A stretch of DNA of 64,000 bases from Octopus sinensis. Taxonomy: Eukaryota. The notes under the pieces are model-generated. The model ran no database searches and was not told where the DNA came from. It saw nothing but the letters and a program-made list of their open reading frames with translations. Positions 61,839 to 64,000 of the stretch are shown in pieces (the first letter of the stretch is position 1; every line of letters begins with the position of its first letter). The stretch is taken from contig NC_043007.1 in NCBI RefSeq assembly GCF_006345805.1, forward strand, positions 43,276,001 to 43,340,000. Direction: 5' to 3'. Position numbers and translations under genes: made by a program.

Positions 61839-62439
61839 AGTACCAGGTTTAAAAAATAAGTACTGGTGTCGATTTATTCGACTAAAAATTCTCCAAGGCG
61901 GTGTCCCAACATACTGCAGTCTAATGATTGGAACAAATAAAAGATCAGATACGAAGTGGCCGTCAACATATAAAGCCATTTTACAAGTTACAAGCAATGC
62001 ACTATTTTAAGAAAAATGGTAATAGAGATACTATTTGCTCTTTGGGGAGTCACCAACAGAATGCACAATGAGAGGATTGTCATCAACATCATTAATCCCT
62101 GGATATTACTATTACGAATCTTAAGACTCATAGGGTCAGTTATCCAGTTCCCATAGTATATAAGTGACTGAAATCACAACACTCACCTTGAACGGAATGC
62201 CAGTCTGTCAGGGTTTACTCACTTACAAGCTGGAGAGGACTGGAGCAACGTGAAGCGAAGTGTTTTGCTCAAGAACACAACGCACTATCCAATCCAGCAA
62301 CTGAAACGATTTTTTGGGTCCCTCCACACCAATTTTTCTTTTCACCGCGGTCTAAGAAATGATATGGGGAAAGTGAAGCTTTTTTATGAAACAAAATTTC
62401 GGAGAATTTAGTTTTTTCACCCTCCATCTCCGGACCGAT

Positions 62440-63800
62440 TTTTGCCAAGTTTTTTTTTCTCCTTTTTTTGCACTACGCACAACGTCCTTATCCTTGGTTC
62501 GCCCGTCCCCCCGCCTGCCATTCGCTCCTGAAGTCCAGGCTTAGCCAGCTCGAAACTGCGGGTCAGACTGAATCTGATCACCCATCCAATATTCTTTCTG
62601 TTAAGGAACTGCTTTGCCATGCCGAAGCTTCTATATACCTTCCGCAGTGTCTTTTTTTTTTTTATCACACATCTGTATCCAGGAGATATGTAACATCTAG
62701 TACGATGACACTGGATAGCAAGAGACTATCTTATCAGTCAGATATGGTACTTTTCTTGTTGGTGACCTTGTTGAGTTCTTCACACCAACTGAACCTGCTG
62801 TGATCGGGTAACGCGAGGTGGCCTTCATCCTGCAGACGTCCGCCCCCTCTCCCCTTTGTAGACAGTCTCCTCAAAACAAGTAGGACGCTAACCAGTGCAA
62901 CATAATTTTGAAGGGGCTAGTCCTCCGACTTGACTAGCACCGTCTAGCATGTTGCCGCGCGGCCTTCTAGCCCCATAGTAATGCTATTACATTTGGTTGG
63001 CACTCAGCTAGGTAGTACCTGTTCTCGCATCGATGTTTCCTTGAGGCTCAGGATCACTGAGCTTCACAAATTCCGCTACGGACCTGCATTGGATTCTTTC
63101 GGCTTCTAACCATTGCCATACCATCATAGAGATGGCCGCCTTCCACGCCATGTTGCTCTCAACGAAATTATAAAGCATGGCCTAGACGCCGTAGGTTCCT
63201 TTCCCAGCTTGAGCTAGCGAGGTGGACTGAGGAGTTAGTAAAAGGCTAGACAGCATGACAATTTTCTTGTTTCACGATGGTAGGCACCTCATCTAGGGTA
63301 CCACATGCTGCGACGCTTTCTCAGTGGCAACCTGGTGAGTTCGGTTGCCGGCCTGGACTTTGCTGTTCGTTAGGCCGAGAAAGGCAAACTGACAAACTAT
63401 CGATCGCTCTCTGATAGATTTGTGGTCGAGCCTGTGACAGTGAAAACCTCCGGCGTTCTTTCTGCAGCCCTCTTCCTTCCAAACTGCGGCAGTAGCCCCC
63501 TCATCTGGAATGTTATATCCGACACCTCAAGCGGAAACCTGGTGTGTTCGGCTACTAGCCCTAGCTCTGCTATTCATTAGGCAGAGAAAGGCAAACTGTC
63601 AAAGTATCGACCGTGCTCTGACACATTTGTGGTCGAGCTTGTGGCAGAGGAATCTCCGGCGTTCTTGGTGCGGAGTTGGCTACCAGCGGGTGTAAGCCGA
63701 ATTAGTTATTCCGGCACGTCTCCCTCGCCATCCCCCGAGACAGAACCTTTTCCATTTTGTCTGCCGGTACCATGAGGCGGACTGATTAATCCTTTTAGTT
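62440..63800 (-). mobile_element. GC-richer decayed segment, possibly a poly(A)-tailed non-LTR remnant
   Basis: T-rich tract at 62448-62469 and a compositional shift; no unambiguous protein motif recovered. Confidence 0.3.
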
Positions 63801-64000
63801 ATAACTGTCGTACATTACTGGTTGATGCACCATTAATAATAATAATAATAATGGAATAAGGGTTGTTCTGACAGGTTAACTTTCACTTACTACTTCAAGG
63901 AAGGACTCGTTGGAACTGAGAGATGATCACGGCTAAGAATGTTTCTAAAACTAAAATTAGACTGACAGAAAGAGAAGCAAGATTTAATTCCCTTGAAGAC

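Overview
AT-rich, microsatellite-dense animal genomic DNA. The SINE/LINE families look like those of an octopus-type cephalopod (inference). There are two host genes, both on the minus strand: (1) the 3.67-kb first coding exon of a Flamingo/CELSR adhesion GPCR (8311-11977: signal peptide, prodomain, furin site, 8 complete cadherin repeats plus most of a 9th, then a GT donor into an intron covering 1-8310); (2) a solitary replication-dependent histone H2B gene (53140-53511) with TATA/CCAAT boxes and a 3' stem-loop. The rest is a dense nest of mobile elements: a near-full-length RTE LINE (APE + RT + PHD-like finger) whose 3' UTR holds a ~26-unit, 62-bp higher-order tandem array; further RTE remnants; a Penelope-like RT fragment; hammerhead-ribozyme motifs; mariner and maT remnants; a chimeric Helitron with a PIF1 remnant and several non-autonomous Helitrons; hAT-, piggyBac-, Kolobok- and Merlin-like MITEs; tRNA-derived SINEs; and many fold-back palindromes. 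Most notable observations: a 99-bp H2B copy that ends 4 nt after the stem-loop (candidate retrocopy of a non-polyadenylated mRNA), the expanded LINE 3' UTR array with a 556-codon antisense open frame, the LINE bracketed by an inverted copy of its own 3' end, and the minimal hammerhead motifs. No CRISPR/Cas or other prokaryotic system is supported. I found no clearly new biological system; all family assignments come from motif recognition, not database searches.
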